Of a stretch of 64,000 bases of DNA, positions 50,494 through 61,186 are shown one piece after another. The notes beneath the pieces are model-generated. The model worked only from the letters and a program-made list of their open reading frames with translations. It ran no database searches and had not been told where the DNA came from. Source of the DNA: Alphaproteobacteria bacterium (GTDB lineage Bacteria; Pseudomonadota; Alphaproteobacteria; JBFXJJ01); contig JBFXJJ010000005.1 of the NCBI GenBank assembly GCA_050175015.1, positions 108,953-172,952 on the forward strand, read 5' to 3'. The translations under genes were made by a program, and so were the position numbers. Position 1 is the first letter of the stretch. The number at the start of each line of letters is the position of its first letter.

Positions 50494-51000
50494 ATGCCTA
50501 ATACAAATCCCAATACTAATAATTCAATATCAGATAAAAGAACCATTAAAGAATTAGCCAAAATAATTGAAGAAAACGGGCTTACCGAAATTGAATATGA
50601 AACTGAGACTTTCAGAGTTAGAATGGCTAAAAATCCTATTGTAAGCAACTATATAAGCAGTGTTCCAACTGCTCCAGTTGTTGCTGCAGCTCCGCAAGCC
50701 ATTACAGCTAAAACTGATACTTCTGCTAATGTGGCTCCTGCTGCTAACAATGATTATGCTAATAATCCTAATGTAGTAAAATCACCTATGGTTGGTGTTA
50801 TTTACTTGTCTCCAGAACCTGGAGCACCATCTTATATAAAAGAAGGCGATTCTGTAAGCGCAGATCAAACATTGCTCTTAATTGAGGCAATGAAAACCTT
50901 TAACCCTGTAAAAGCTAACAAAAATGGCAAAATCACCAAAATTTTAGTAGGTGATGGTATGCCTGTTGAATATGGTGAACCTCTTTTGGTTTTGGAATAA
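50494..51000 (+). CDS. accB: Biotin carboxyl carrier protein
   Basis: SPMVG, IEAMKT biotinylation motif. Confidence 0.96.
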   Translation: MPNTNPNTNNSISDKRTIKELAKIIEENGLTEIEYETETFRVRMAKNPIVSNYISSVPTAPVVAAAPQAITAKTDTSANVAPAANNDYANNPNVVKSPMVGVIYLSPEPGAPSYIKEGDSVSADQTLLLIEAMKTFNPVKANKNGKITKILVGDGMPVEYGEPLLVLE

Positions 51001-51003
51001 AAA

Positions 51004-52353
51004 ATGTTTGAAAAAGTACTTATAGCAAATCGAGGCGAAGTCGCTTTAAGAATTCATCGTGCTTGCCGAGAAATGGGCATCAAAACGGTTGCCGTTCATT
51101 CCGTTGCTGACGAAGAAGCAATGCATGTAAAACTTGCAGACGAATCTGTTTGTATTGGTCCATCTAAGGCCAGTGAATCATATCTTAATAAAGCCGCAAT
51201 TATTTCTGCGGCTCTGATTACTGGAGCTGATGCTGTCCACCCTGGATATGGGTTCTTGTCAGAAAACGCCGATTTTGCAGAAATGGTAGAAGCCCATGGA
51301 ATAACCTTTATTGGTCCTACCCCTGAGTTAATTAGGACAATGGGCGATAAAGTTCTTGCTAAAAAAGCCGCTATTGAAGCTGGTCTTCCTGTTGTTCCTG
51401 GTTCTGATGGTGCGATTGAAACCACCGATGAAGCTTTAAAAATTGCTGAAGAAATTGGTTATCCGGTTTTAATTAAAGCTGCGGCAGGCGGCGGCGGACG
51501 TGGCATGAAATCTGCTAACAATGCCAAAGAATTAAAAGAAGCATTTTCTGTAGCTTCAACTGAAGCAAAAGCGGCCTTTGGTGATGGCACCGTTTATATG
51601 GAAAAATATCTTCAAAAACCAAGGCATATTGAACTTCAAATTATTGCTGACCATCATGGCAATGTAGTTCATTTAGGAGAAAGAGACTGCTCCATTCAAC
51701 GTAAACACCAAAAAATGATTGAAGAAGCTCCGTCACCCTCACTTAATATGGAACAGCGCAATAAAATTGGTGATGTTGTATGTAAAGCTATCAAAAAACT
51801 AGGGTATCGCAATGCAGGAACCATCGAATTTTTATATGAAGATGGCGAATTCTATTTCATTGAAATGAACACTAGACTTCAAGTGGAACACCCCGTAACT
51901 GAAATGATAAGCGAAATAGACATCGTTAGAGAACAGATTAGAATTGCGAGCGGTGCTCCGCTTAGTTTTTCACAAGAGGATTTAATTCTTAGAGGCTGTG
52001 CTATTGAATGCCGTATTAATGCTGAAAATTCAGAAACTTTCATACCTTCTCCTGGAAAAGTTACTAATTGGCACGCTCCAGGTGGTTTGGGTGTTAGAGT
52101 TGATTCTGGAATTTATTCTGGATACAGGATTCCGTCGAATTACGACAGTATGATTGCCAAACTTATCGTTTATGGCAGAACCAGAAATGGTTGTTTGATG
52201 CGCCTTAGACGGGCTTTAGAAGAATTTGTGGTTGAAGGTGTTGATACAACAATTCCTATCCATCAAGAAATCATTTCTGAGCCTGATTTTATTAACGGCA
52301 ATTACAATATTCATTGGTTAGAGAATTTTATTAAGAGAAAAAACAAAAGTTAA
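51004..52353 (+). CDS. accC: Biotin carboxylase
   Basis: ANRGEVA, HPGYGFLSEN, GGGGRGM, EMNTRLQVEH. Confidence 0.97.
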   Translation: MFEKVLIANRGEVALRIHRACREMGIKTVAVHSVADEEAMHVKLADESVCIGPSKASESYLNKAAIISAALITGADAVHPGYGFLSENADFAEMVEAHGITFIGPTPELIRTMGDKVLAKKAAIEAGLPVVPGSDGAIETTDEALKIAEEIGYPVLIKAAAGGGGRGMKSANNAKELKEAFSVASTEAKAAFGDGTVYMEKYLQKPRHIELQIIADHHGNVVHLGERDCSIQRKHQKMIEEAPSPSLNMEQRNKIGDVVCKAIKKLGYRNAGTIEFLYEDGEFYFIEMNTRLQVEHPVTEMISEIDIVREQIRIASGAPLSFSQEDLILRGCAIECRINAENSETFIPSPGKVTNWHAPGGLGVRVDSGIYSGYRIPSNYDSMIAKLIVYGRTRNGCLMRLRRALEEFVVEGVDTTIPIHQEIISEPDFINGNYNIHWLENFIKRKNKS

Positions 52354-52372
52354 TTTATAAAGAGCTCACCAA

Positions 52373-53035
52373 ATGGAAGAACTTACTCCTATTTTGGTTT
52401 TAAAAGCCTATTTGCTGGGCGTGTTTCCTATGGCACGCTCGGCAAATGAGGAAGAAGTTGTCTGGGTTTGTCCAGAAAAAAGAGGTATAATTCCCCTTGA
52501 TACTTTTCATATATCAAGAACAACCAAAAAAATTATAAAAAAGCATACCTTTGAGATAAAGTTTAATCAAAACTTTAAACAAGTCATAAATCTATGCGCA
52601 GCAAAAACGAATAAAAGACCAGATACTTGGATAAACGCCCCGATTAAAAACATTTATATCGACTTATTTGATATGGGATTTGCGCATAGTGTAGAATGTT
52701 TTTTAGACGGCAAAATGGTTGGAGGTCTTTATGGCGTATCACTAGGCGGAGCATTCTTTGGAGAAAGTATGTTTAGCCGTGCTGACAATGCCTCAAAAGT
52801 CGCATTATGCTATCTAATAGCTAGGCTTAAAGCTTGTGGTTTTACCTTATTAGATGCTCAATTTTTAACTACACATTTAGAACAATTTGGCAGTATCGAA
52901 ATTTCTAAAGAAGATTATTTAGAGAATCTTAATCAAGCAACTCAAATTCAAGCATCTTTTAATAACTGCTCATTTGATGCGGTTGAACAAGTTATGCATA
53001 ATATGCTCTACAACAACGCAAACCACAACGCATAA
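52373..53035 (+). CDS. aat: Leucyl/phenylalanyl-tRNA-protein transferase
   Basis: GVFPMA, AHSVE, GGLYGV, FFGESMFS, ASKVAL. Confidence 0.95.
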   Translation: MEELTPILVLKAYLLGVFPMARSANEEEVVWVCPEKRGIIPLDTFHISRTTKKIIKKHTFEIKFNQNFKQVINLCAAKTNKRPDTWINAPIKNIYIDLFDMGFAHSVECFLDGKMVGGLYGVSLGGAFFGESMFSRADNASKVALCYLIARLKACGFTLLDAQFLTTHLEQFGSIEISKEDYLENLNQATQIQASFNNCSFDAVEQVMHNMLYNNANHNA

Positions 53036-53176
53036 ACAGTCCATTTTAGTATTTGCCTAACAGCAAATGTCTGCTAACAGCCTCGCTTTTAGTAAAAATT
53101 TATTTCCTAAGCACAAGAACGCTTTAGCAAATTATATTATCTGAAAATTATGATAAAAAATACCGTATTATAAAAT

Positions 53177-53764
53177 TTAATCGTCTAAATCAGATATTTC
53201 TTCATCTGGCTCATTGGTAATAATAGCATTCTTAAGATTACTTCTTTTGCTTTCTGCTTCGGCATAATCCTTAGCGTCTTGCTCATTTCCACATTTCAAG
53301 ACCCAAATATCATATACCGAGTGCTCTATTGCAGAAAGAGCGGGACTTGATGAAAACATCCAACCAGAAAAAACTTTAACCGGCTTTTCACTAGGCTTTC
53401 TTTCAGATATTTTTAAAAACGCTGAATTTTCAGGAGTTTCTTCAGGAGGCGTTTTAAAGCAAGCTTTTGCCATAATTTCTAAAGTTCCAAAATGAACCAC
53501 ATAATCTTTATATAGTTCACCCTCTTTATCATATTCTGCTTCTTGATATGAGCTTGCACCATCTTCCTGCAAAGTTTTTTCTTGATCTATTTTAGAATCT
53601 AACTTAGGGGCAACAGGAGCAATAATAAGGCTGCTTTTTCCTGTAATTTTATCAAGAGCCCTTAAAACAACGTGTGTTGTTTTTATTTCAGATGCAAAAG
53701 CAGAAAAACTGAGCAAAACAAACACCGATATTAATACAATAAATTTCTTATAATTTTTCATCAT
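53177..53764 (-). CDS. DUF2155 domain protein
   Basis: LRALDKITG, FSGWMFSSSPALSAIEHSVYDIW. Confidence 0.9.
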   Translation of the reverse strand: MMKNYKKFIVLISVFVLLSFSAFASEIKTTHVVLRALDKITGKSSLIIAPVAPKLDSKIDQEKTLQEDGASSYQEAEYDKEGELYKDYVVHFGTLEIMAKACFKTPPEETPENSAFLKISERKPSEKPVKVFSGWMFSSSPALSAIEHSVYDIWVLKCGNEQDAKDYAEAESKRSNLKNAIITNEPDEEISDLDD

Positions 53765-53768
53765 TCGT

Positions 53769-54215
53769 TTATTTCTTTGTAACTAAAAAAATGATTTCCC
53801 CGACCGTATCTTCTAAAGACTTGTAATCATTAGTCTTAGAAATTTTTTCATCAGGTTTTAACATATCTTTAGATTTTCCAGGCTCAAGCCTAACATAATT
53901 GCCACCAAGGACACCATCTCCAGAAATATTTGCAATTGTATCTATTGGCAACGCTACGTTATTATTAATAGTCATCTCAATATTGGCCAAATAAGTATCT
54001 TTATCAAGTTCTCTTTTAGTAACAGAACCAACCTTAATACCACTGATTCTAACATCTGTTCCAACATCAAGACCACCAGCTTTAGCAAAAGTAGCTTTTA
54101 CTTTATAACCGTCAACCGTTTTTAAATCCGCTTTCTTATATGCAAATGTTAAGAAAAATGCTGCAACAGCAATAACTAAAATGCCTAAAACGGTCTCGAC
54201 AGGATTACGATTCAT
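53769..54215 (-). CDS. mlaD: MlaD/MCE family protein
   Basis: ETVLG, GLDVGTDVRISGIKVGSV, GVLGGNYVRLEPG. Confidence 0.9.
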   Translation of the reverse strand: MNRNPVETVLGILVIAVAAFFLTFAYKKADLKTVDGYKVKATFAKAGGLDVGTDVRISGIKVGSVTKRELDKDTYLANIEMTINNNVALPIDTIANISGDGVLGGNYVRLEPGKSKDMLKPDEKISKTNDYKSLEDTVGEIIFLVTKK

Positions 54216-54715
54216 TATTGTTCTCCATTATTTTCTTTTGGTGGCAAGCCTCGGAGGCTACGACCAATAGCAATTATTTTATCCAGCAAATCTTCTACTA
54301 ACATTGCATCTTGAGTATATGTAATAGCTCCACCATCAGGAATCATTTCATACATTCCGCCCGGCTCAATAGAAATATATTTCTTGCCCAAAAGCCCATT
54401 GGTATGAATTGAAGCACTGCTGTCTTCCGGCATTTGAATGTATGATGGCAAAGAAATTTTAACATCTACTCCATAATTATCATTAAGGTTTATGGCAACA
54501 ATTTTCCCAATATCTAAACCAGCTACTCTCACTTTATCTCCAGCAAGGATACCATCCGTTTTATTAAAGTGAGCGCTAATTACATAATTTTGGCTATGGA
54601 TATTCTTAAATTTAGCCGTACCTTTAGGAAACAACAATATTACGGCAAGAGAAACAGCCAAGGTTAAACTGCCGACGATAAGCTCTCTGTTTTCTTTAGA
54701 TATTGATTTAAACAT
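54215..54715 (-). CDS. mlaD: Second MlaD/MCE family protein
   Basis: GDKVRVAGLDIG, GLLGKKYISIEPGG. Confidence 0.85.
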   Translation of the reverse strand: MFKSISKENRELIVGSLTLAVSLAVILLFPKGTAKFKNIHSQNYVISAHFNKTDGILAGDKVRVAGLDIGKIVAINLNDNYGVDVKISLPSYIQMPEDSSASIHTNGLLGKKYISIEPGGMYEMIPDGGAITYTQDAMLVEDLLDKIIAIGRSLRGLPPKENNGEQ

Positions 54716-54884
54716 ATAATCAAAACACCCAAAATAATTAAAATAATTAATCTTTGTTAAAACAAAATATGATTTAAAATAATAACATTTTGTATCATTA
54801 ATTAGGATATAAGGTATAGTTTTTTTTATAAAATTATGGCAAAAAATATTTTTAATACCTTGAGGGTAGTAATTTAGGTTATTT

Positions 54885-56681
54885 ATGCAAGAAAATTTAT
54901 CAAAACCACCTCAAAAGTTTTTTATATCGAATGATAGGCTTGAAAAGAATAAATACATTTCAAAACGCTTATTATTAGGAATAATTTTGGGTATATGCGC
55001 CCTAATACCTTTTATATCTCTATTTCTAAATGGCTCTGAAAATATTTTGGTTGCTGGATTTGCTAAGATTTTCATCTCTTGGGGAGAAATATTAAATAAT
55101 AATCAGCCTCAAAACGAAACATATAATTACTTTCAAGCAATTACACCAATATTATATAAAATCATTATAAAAACCGTTATTATATTAAACTGTAGCCCTA
55201 ACTTCGTTATAACTTTTATATTAGCGCCTATTTGCAATATACTTTTTGCCATATCCTGCTTTGCACTATTGCAAAAAATAACAGGAAAGCCCTTTTTTGC
55301 ATTCCTTGCAAGTTTAGCTGTTTTAGCAATTATGGATATTAATGGCATCATTTTGGCAGGATCTCCCAAAGGTTTAAGCCTGCCATTTTTAATAATGTTT
55401 TTTTACTTTAATGTCAGCAAAAGTTTTGTTGGCAAACTGATTTCAATTGCATTAGCAATTAATTTATACCCGCCTTTTGCCTTATTAATTCTGTTAACTA
55501 TGATTTTTCAAGACAATATTTTTAAAGATATTATTAAAATAAAAAAACTTAGTCTTAATAATGGATTATTTATTGCTCTAGTATTTGAAATTTGTTTAAG
55601 CATCTATTTTTATTATAAAAGTGCTTTAACTTATGGCAATATAGCGTTTCTTAATCAAGCTTGGGATATGAATGTTTTTCATTCAGGACAATTCTTTGAC
55701 TTTTTTAACCATAACATAAAAGCATTTTTGTTTACAAATCAGAGAAGCGCTTTTATGGCAGGAATTGGCTCTTCCTATGGTTCAATATGTTCCATATTTC
55801 TTACTGCACTAATATTATTTATCAATATGTTAACACACTTTTGTTCAACAAAAAAGTTAAGTATTTTTATTCCCAAAGACGCCGCATTATTTCATAATAT
55901 ATTCAAAGCAGTAATAGTTTTTTATCTCTTGTCTTCCCTGTTTTCCTTTATTTTTTATTTACCATCAGCTGTTACGGCAACAGTGTTACTAATAATAACG
56001 CCGATTAATGGTTTTCTAATTGCAGCAGGCAAAAACGATTATATGTTCTTTAGAAAAAACAATTTATTACAAAAAATATCAGCTTTGCTTATATTATTAT
56101 TGTCTATCGTAGTTCTTTATAATGCGGGCGAAACAAGCCTGAAGAGACGGCTATTATCTCAAGATGAAGTTGAACTGGCTAATTTTATTAAAAACAATTC
56201 TTCTAAGCAACCCACTGTCATTGCAGGCTTAAGCCCCGCTCTTGGAAATTTAGAAATTGCAGCCAATGTCCAGACTATAGGCTCACGCCATCACTTAATG
56301 CCATTTAGCAGCGATTTTTTCATAAAACAATTCAATCAAATTAGTGAAATGTTGAATGCTATGTTTAGTTTTGATAAGCAGCTGATTGATATTTTTATAT
56401 CTAAAAACAACATATCTTATCTGTTGCTTGATAACACAACTCAAAAAACTAATCTTGATGCCGAAACCATTTATAATAATCCTGAATATAATTGGTATTT
56501 TAAAACATTTAAGCCAACTAAAGGCGCAACTCCTGCCTTTTTAAAATATCAAAATTCGTGTCTAAGTCTTAAAAATTCTAGTTTTATTTTGATTGATGCT
56601 CAATGTCTTCTTGATGCTAAAATAAAAACTTCGCCTCAAATACCAAAAAAGACTAGAAGAACGCCGTTTATTGTTAAATAA
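54885..56681 (+). CDS. Polytopic membrane protein, possibly GT-C-like
   Basis: About 11-12 hydrophobic segments and a soluble C-terminal tail; family assignment is a guess. Confidence 0.5.
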   Translation: MQENLSKPPQKFFISNDRLEKNKYISKRLLLGIILGICALIPFISLFLNGSENILVAGFAKIFISWGEILNNNQPQNETYNYFQAITPILYKIIIKTVIILNCSPNFVITFILAPICNILFAISCFALLQKITGKPFFAFLASLAVLAIMDINGIILAGSPKGLSLPFLIMFFYFNVSKSFVGKLISIALAINLYPPFALLILLTMIFQDNIFKDIIKIKKLSLNNGLFIALVFEICLSIYFYYKSALTYGNIAFLNQAWDMNVFHSGQFFDFFNHNIKAFLFTNQRSAFMAGIGSSYGSICSIFLTALILFINMLTHFCSTKKLSIFIPKDAALFHNIFKAVIVFYLLSSLFSFIFYLPSAVTATVLLIITPINGFLIAAGKNDYMFFRKNNLLQKISALLILLLSIVVLYNAGETSLKRRLLSQDEVELANFIKNNSSKQPTVIAGLSPALGNLEIAANVQTIGSRHHLMPFSSDFFIKQFNQISEMLNAMFSFDKQLIDIFISKNNISYLLLDNTTQKTNLDAETIYNNPEYNWYFKTFKPTKGATPAFLKYQNSCLSLKNSSFILIDAQCLLDAKIKTSPQIPKKTRRTPFIVK

Positions 56682-56714
56682 TATATAAAATTTAATTTTT
56701 TAGAGGTCACAACT

Positions 56715-57380
56715 ATGAAAATAAAAACTATTGTTTTTTCTTTTTTCCTTTTAGGAATAGCAGGTTGTTCTGCAACCTATACCGCGGTATCAAAAAAAGA
56801 TTTAATTGTTCAAAGCAAAATGAACAAAACCATTTTTTTACAACCAGTTTCTCCAGCAAAGAGAGTTGCTTTTATTGAAGTAAGAAATACGTCTGCTTCC
56901 CCTGAGTTTGATATGTCAAAAGAAGTTAAAGAGGCAATCGCAGCAAGAGGTTACCGTATAACTGACGATCCTGAAGAAGCAAATTTTCTACTTCAAGCCA
57001 ACGTTTTGCATATATCATATGATGGAGAATCATCTGGCAGCGCAATTGGAAGCGCCTTGACTGGGGGCGCTATAGGTGGCGCAACTGGAGCCGCCGTATC
57101 AAACGGATCAACCTCAACCGCAATTGGAGGAGCCCTTGTGGGTGGATTAGCCGCAACGGTTGCTGATGCTATGGTCAAAGACGTTACATTCAATATCATT
57201 ACTGATATCCGCTTATCACAAAGAAATTTTAATGCTGATGATATCAATGAAAATCCAGACAACTGGAAAAGATACACTGCCCGCATTATCAGTACCGCCA
57301 ACCAAGTTAATCTTAAATTAGAAGAAGCCATACCAGAGCTAAAAAAAGGCATTGCTAATTCTATAGCTGGTGTATTTTAA
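56715..57380 (+). CDS. traT: TraT-family outer-membrane lipoprotein
   Basis: IAGC lipobox, TIFLQPV, GYRITDDPEEANFLLQANVL, glycine zipper, STANQVNL. Confidence 0.85.
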   Translation: MKIKTIVFSFFLLGIAGCSATYTAVSKKDLIVQSKMNKTIFLQPVSPAKRVAFIEVRNTSASPEFDMSKEVKEAIAARGYRITDDPEEANFLLQANVLHISYDGESSGSAIGSALTGGAIGGATGAAVSNGSTSTAIGGALVGGLAATVADAMVKDVTFNIITDIRLSQRNFNADDINENPDNWKRYTARIISTANQVNLKLEEAIPELKKGIANSIAGVF

Positions 57381-57709
57381 TTATTTAAAATCAATATGTT
57401 ATTAACTTAAAAACGAACGGGGCTTAAATAAGCCCCGATTCTATTAAGTCCCTCAAAAGACGAATCAACACCCCATAAAAAGTTTCATAAATCAATACTT
57501 AAAAAAAAAATTTTAAATAATTCATATTTTTTTATAAAAAGTTCTTTTAAATCAACATTAAAGCTTTGGGTACAAAACTATATGTAGGGTCATATGAAAT
57601 TTATAAACACTATTTTTAGTATTTTTTTCTGGACATCAGAACATTAATTTTAAATATATGCTTTATGAATTTGATTTTTTATCTTTGTTATTGTTTTTGA
57701 GGAGTTATT

Positions 57710-58372
57710 ATGCAAGAAGCATCAATTGAAGCCGTTGTTGGCCCTATGTTTGCAGGCAAAACTACCACTCTAATTTCCAGAGCAGAAAAATATAGCAACG
57801 AAGCTATAGTATTTAAGCCTTCTTTTGATACTCGTTATGCTTTAACCGATATAAAATCACATAATGGCAAAGTTTTTCAGGCAGTAAGTGCTTCAAGTGT
57901 TCAAGATTTATCTGTTCCTGAAAATATAAAAACCGTTATTATCGATGAAGTTCAATTTTTTACCGAGCCATATTTCAAAGGAAATATTATCAATGCCATA
58001 ATGGACTTGAAGCGCCGAGGTATCACAGTAATATGTGCAGGTCTTGATAAAAACTGGCAAGGTCAAGACTTTGATATAACATCAAAAGTCATTAACATTG
58101 CAGACAGAATCACCATTCTTAAAGCAAAATGTGCCGTTTGCGGCGAACCTGCCGGTTATTCCTTTAAAAAAAGCGGCTCAGACGCTGAAATTGAACTAGG
58201 AGCCGCTGATATTTATGAGCCTAGATGCCACAAACATTTTTATAATTTCACCCAATATGTCGGTGATTTAAGATGCATTGATGCAAAAAAACTTTTTTCA
58301 AACAATGCCTTACTGGAAAGTATCTTTGGACTTCCTCCTGCCAATGAAAACAACCATTTAGATAACGCCTAA
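57710..58372 (+). CDS. tdk: Thymidine kinase
   Basis: GPMFAGKTT, IDEVQFF, CAGLD, CAVC, YEPRC. Confidence 0.95.
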   Translation: MQEASIEAVVGPMFAGKTTTLISRAEKYSNEAIVFKPSFDTRYALTDIKSHNGKVFQAVSASSVQDLSVPENIKTVIIDEVQFFTEPYFKGNIINAIMDLKRRGITVICAGLDKNWQGQDFDITSKVINIADRITILKAKCAVCGEPAGYSFKKSGSDAEIELGAADIYEPRCHKHFYNFTQYVGDLRCIDAKKLFSNNALLESIFGLPPANENNHLDNA

Positions 58373-58505
58373 GGTTTAAGCTAAACTTATTAAAAAATCG
58401 ACAAAATAATTTGCGATAAATATTGCGCTTAAGAGGTTTTCCGAGTATAATTCTTTCTCAATATTAAAGGGTTTTTACAATTTTAAGCTTGTATTTAAGG
58501 GTTTA

Positions 58506-60572
58506 TTGCAAATGGCAAACAATGTTTTAGAAAATATAAATAATATTTTATATGCCAAAGAAGTTCAAAAATACTTAGAATCTTTTGCTCCATTATCTGC
58601 AATAGAAACTATGGGAAAAATAAAAGATATCTGGGAAAAAGAAGGTTTTCTTGAGCCTTCAGAATTAACTGCAAAACTATATAAAATGCAGCTGACTGAA
58701 AAAAATGGAACAGCTCTTTTTAAAAAAGAAAAACTCGTTGATAACATTATTAATGCCGGCTCTCCAAAGGATAAACTAACAGGTTTTGAAGCTAAACCTA
58801 AAACTCCGTTATTAACTGGTTTAGCCCATCTCTACGGTTTAGAAACTGGTAATCCTGTGGCTATTGTTGAAGGCGATTTCAGCAATATGGGCGGTACAAA
58901 TAATAAATATCGTGAAGAAATGAAAAGCTCTAGAGCTTTTGATGGTTTTGCAGAATGTGACTTAGCTGCACGTATTTCTGCCCGCCTCTCTCTCGAACAA
59001 TTACAAGAATTAGCCGCCTCTAAAAATAACGAACTTTCATCTAAAGGTGAAAAACCAAATTGCAAGGTTTTTGCTGTACGCTCTGGCGGTGATGAAATAC
59101 GAATGATTGTTACTGGCATTAAGGTTTCTGATGTTGATGACTTTATTAATGCTAAGGTTCATCCTCAAATTGAAGAATTTACTGCTTGTGCTGGTCTTCA
59201 CGATCACCCACATACCAAAGATCCAACCAATCCTTATAGAACAGGTTTTGGTCTTGCTTTTGCGGTCGATGATTTATCTAACCCTAAATTGGATCCGTTA
59301 AATATTGTTGAAGCTTTAGATAAGCGTATTAAACTGGCAAAACTCGATTTAGGATACAAACGCAAAGGTAAAGTAGCACCAGAAATTGAAACCGCAGTTC
59401 GCTCCGAGATGCAAAAGCAAGGTATTGATGCCGCAAAAATCAATCAAGCCATAAAAATGATGCGTGCAGATGCTTTAAAAAGTTCTGCTAAATATCAAAA
59501 AATGAAACACGGCGTTGCTCCTCTTGATTTTATTCATCAAGCTCGCGATGATAAACAAGGTGAAACAGCTTACGGAAAACTTGCCAATCTTGAAATTAAG
59601 AAACCTAAGTTGCTGTTTGGCAAAATAAAAACTGAACGTGAGTTTTTCGAAAATCCTGATATTACAAGAAAGAATCAAGTTAGCAGTTATCTTGATATGA
59701 TTCTTGGTGCTAATAAGAACGATGCCGATAGATTAATCGCCGTAAAAGCTCTTGAAGCTACAAGAGATATTGACCCACCTACTGGCTTAAACGCTGTTAA
59801 AAGTTTATATGATGATACGGATATGTTCATCTCTGATAGTAAGCAATTAAAAAAAGCTGCGGCTGAAAAAGGACAAATACTCGATGAAGCAAAACCTAAG
59901 GCGGTTCACATTGAACTTGGCAACCTAGCTGGAATCAACGAAATATCACACCAGCACGCCGATGCCGTATTAAAAGATTTTGCTGATATTGCTAAGAAAA
60001 ATGCCAAAGAACTTGGGCTTGGAGATTATGACTTTGCGTTTTATCACGAAGGTGGCGGTAAAATTAAAATGCTGGTTCCGCCTTATGTTAAGTCAGGTAA
60101 AGACAGTAACGAATATGCTCCTGTTTCTAGCGATTTAGTAGAAAAATTCTCTAAAAAAATGGGCGTAGATATTGAGCAAAGAATTAATAGAAAACCTCTT
60201 TTTGACTATTTCTCAGAAAAAGGCTTATCGGTTGATGATAATGATGGTAAACCTTTGAAATTAGGCAATGGGGAACCTATTTATAATGTTTCTAAGCCCA
60301 AAGAAAAGAAATGTTTTAGCGATATCCCTCACCCAAAGCGTCCTTGGGAAAGAGGCATTGCAGTAACAACTGTTGGCGTTGATTTACAGCCTAATGTTAA
60401 AGGTGAAACTCAGCTTAAAAACCTATCTCTTAAAGCTGAAGCTTTAATTCTTAAAAAACGTGATAACGTTAGGCAAATAGCACAAGAAAATGAAGAATCT
60501 GCTAAACGAGCTTCTTCGCCTGAATTAATGAAAGGTGGCTTATTATGCAAAATAATCGACAAAGGGAGATAG
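58506..60572 (+). CDS. Hypothetical protein with two GGDEF-like (palm) domains
   Basis: LLTGL...EGDFSNMGGTN...RSGGDEI and DPPTGL...IELGNLAGIN...HADAVLK...EGGGK. Confidence 0.55.
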   Translation: MQMANNVLENINNILYAKEVQKYLESFAPLSAIETMGKIKDIWEKEGFLEPSELTAKLYKMQLTEKNGTALFKKEKLVDNIINAGSPKDKLTGFEAKPKTPLLTGLAHLYGLETGNPVAIVEGDFSNMGGTNNKYREEMKSSRAFDGFAECDLAARISARLSLEQLQELAASKNNELSSKGEKPNCKVFAVRSGGDEIRMIVTGIKVSDVDDFINAKVHPQIEEFTACAGLHDHPHTKDPTNPYRTGFGLAFAVDDLSNPKLDPLNIVEALDKRIKLAKLDLGYKRKGKVAPEIETAVRSEMQKQGIDAAKINQAIKMMRADALKSSAKYQKMKHGVAPLDFIHQARDDKQGETAYGKLANLEIKKPKLLFGKIKTEREFFENPDITRKNQVSSYLDMILGANKNDADRLIAVKALEATRDIDPPTGLNAVKSLYDDTDMFISDSKQLKKAAAEKGQILDEAKPKAVHIELGNLAGINEISHQHADAVLKDFADIAKKNAKELGLGDYDFAFYHEGGGKIKMLVPPYVKSGKDSNEYAPVSSDLVEKFSKKMGVDIEQRINRKPLFDYFSEKGLSVDDNDGKPLKLGNGEPIYNVSKPKEKKCFSDIPHPKRPWERGIAVTTVGVDLQPNVKGETQLKNLSLKAEALILKKRDNVRQIAQENEESAKRASSPELMKGGLLCKIIDKGR

Positions 60573-60721
60573 AAGACTTAGGCGGAAATAAGCCTTCTGA
60601 TAAAACCAACACTGAAATTGTTGATGAAGCTCTTGAGACTTATTACGAAAGAGGAGAAGAATCTCCTATGGTCAGAAATTTAAAAAAACGCTTAAAAGAA
60701 GATGAAATAGACCAAGCTTAA
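60545..60721 (+). CDS. Small acidic 58-aa protein overlapping the upstream gene
   Basis: AAAGGTGG RBS; MQNNRQREIEDLGGNKPSDKTNTEIVDEALETYYERGEESPMVRNLKKRLKEDEIDQA. Confidence 0.5.
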   Translation: MQNNRQREIEDLGGNKPSDKTNTEIVDEALETYYERGEESPMVRNLKKRLKEDEIDQA

Positions 60722-60926
60722 TAAGTGCCGCATTTTTTAATAATAATTTGTCTTTAATCTCTTATAACGCATATTTTACTTAGAGTATTTTGCGTTTAAT
60801 TATATCTGTTATGACAATATAAAAAAGTTTTGATTTTAGTCTTACAAAAGCAAAAGTTGTTTATTAAGACTTAGCCGCAAGGCAAAACAAGAGCAAACAA
60901 CTAGTCGCAAAAGGCACTAAACACCA

Positions 60927-61038
60927 CAAAAAAAGCGAGAGATTTCTTAAAGATTTAGGTCATTTAAGGAATCCCTCGTTTTTTAAATCAGGGTTTGTTC
61001 TTGCAAAGTTTTTTTAAATTTCTATTTATCACCTCCTT
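60927..61038 (-). repeat. 112-bp direct repeat, copy A (SD element + terminator)
   Basis: Identical by eye to 63874-63985. Confidence 0.92.
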
Positions 61039-61186
61039 ATTTTTTCTTTTTTTATAAGCTAGAAGCTTGTTGTCTTCGCAGACGGCGCTCGCTTTTTTTA
61101 AAAGCGAGAGCAAAACCTTGTTTCTTTGATTGTTTAAGCAATAACCTATCTCAAACGTTCGCCGCCCTCGCAAAACTCTTTTATTC

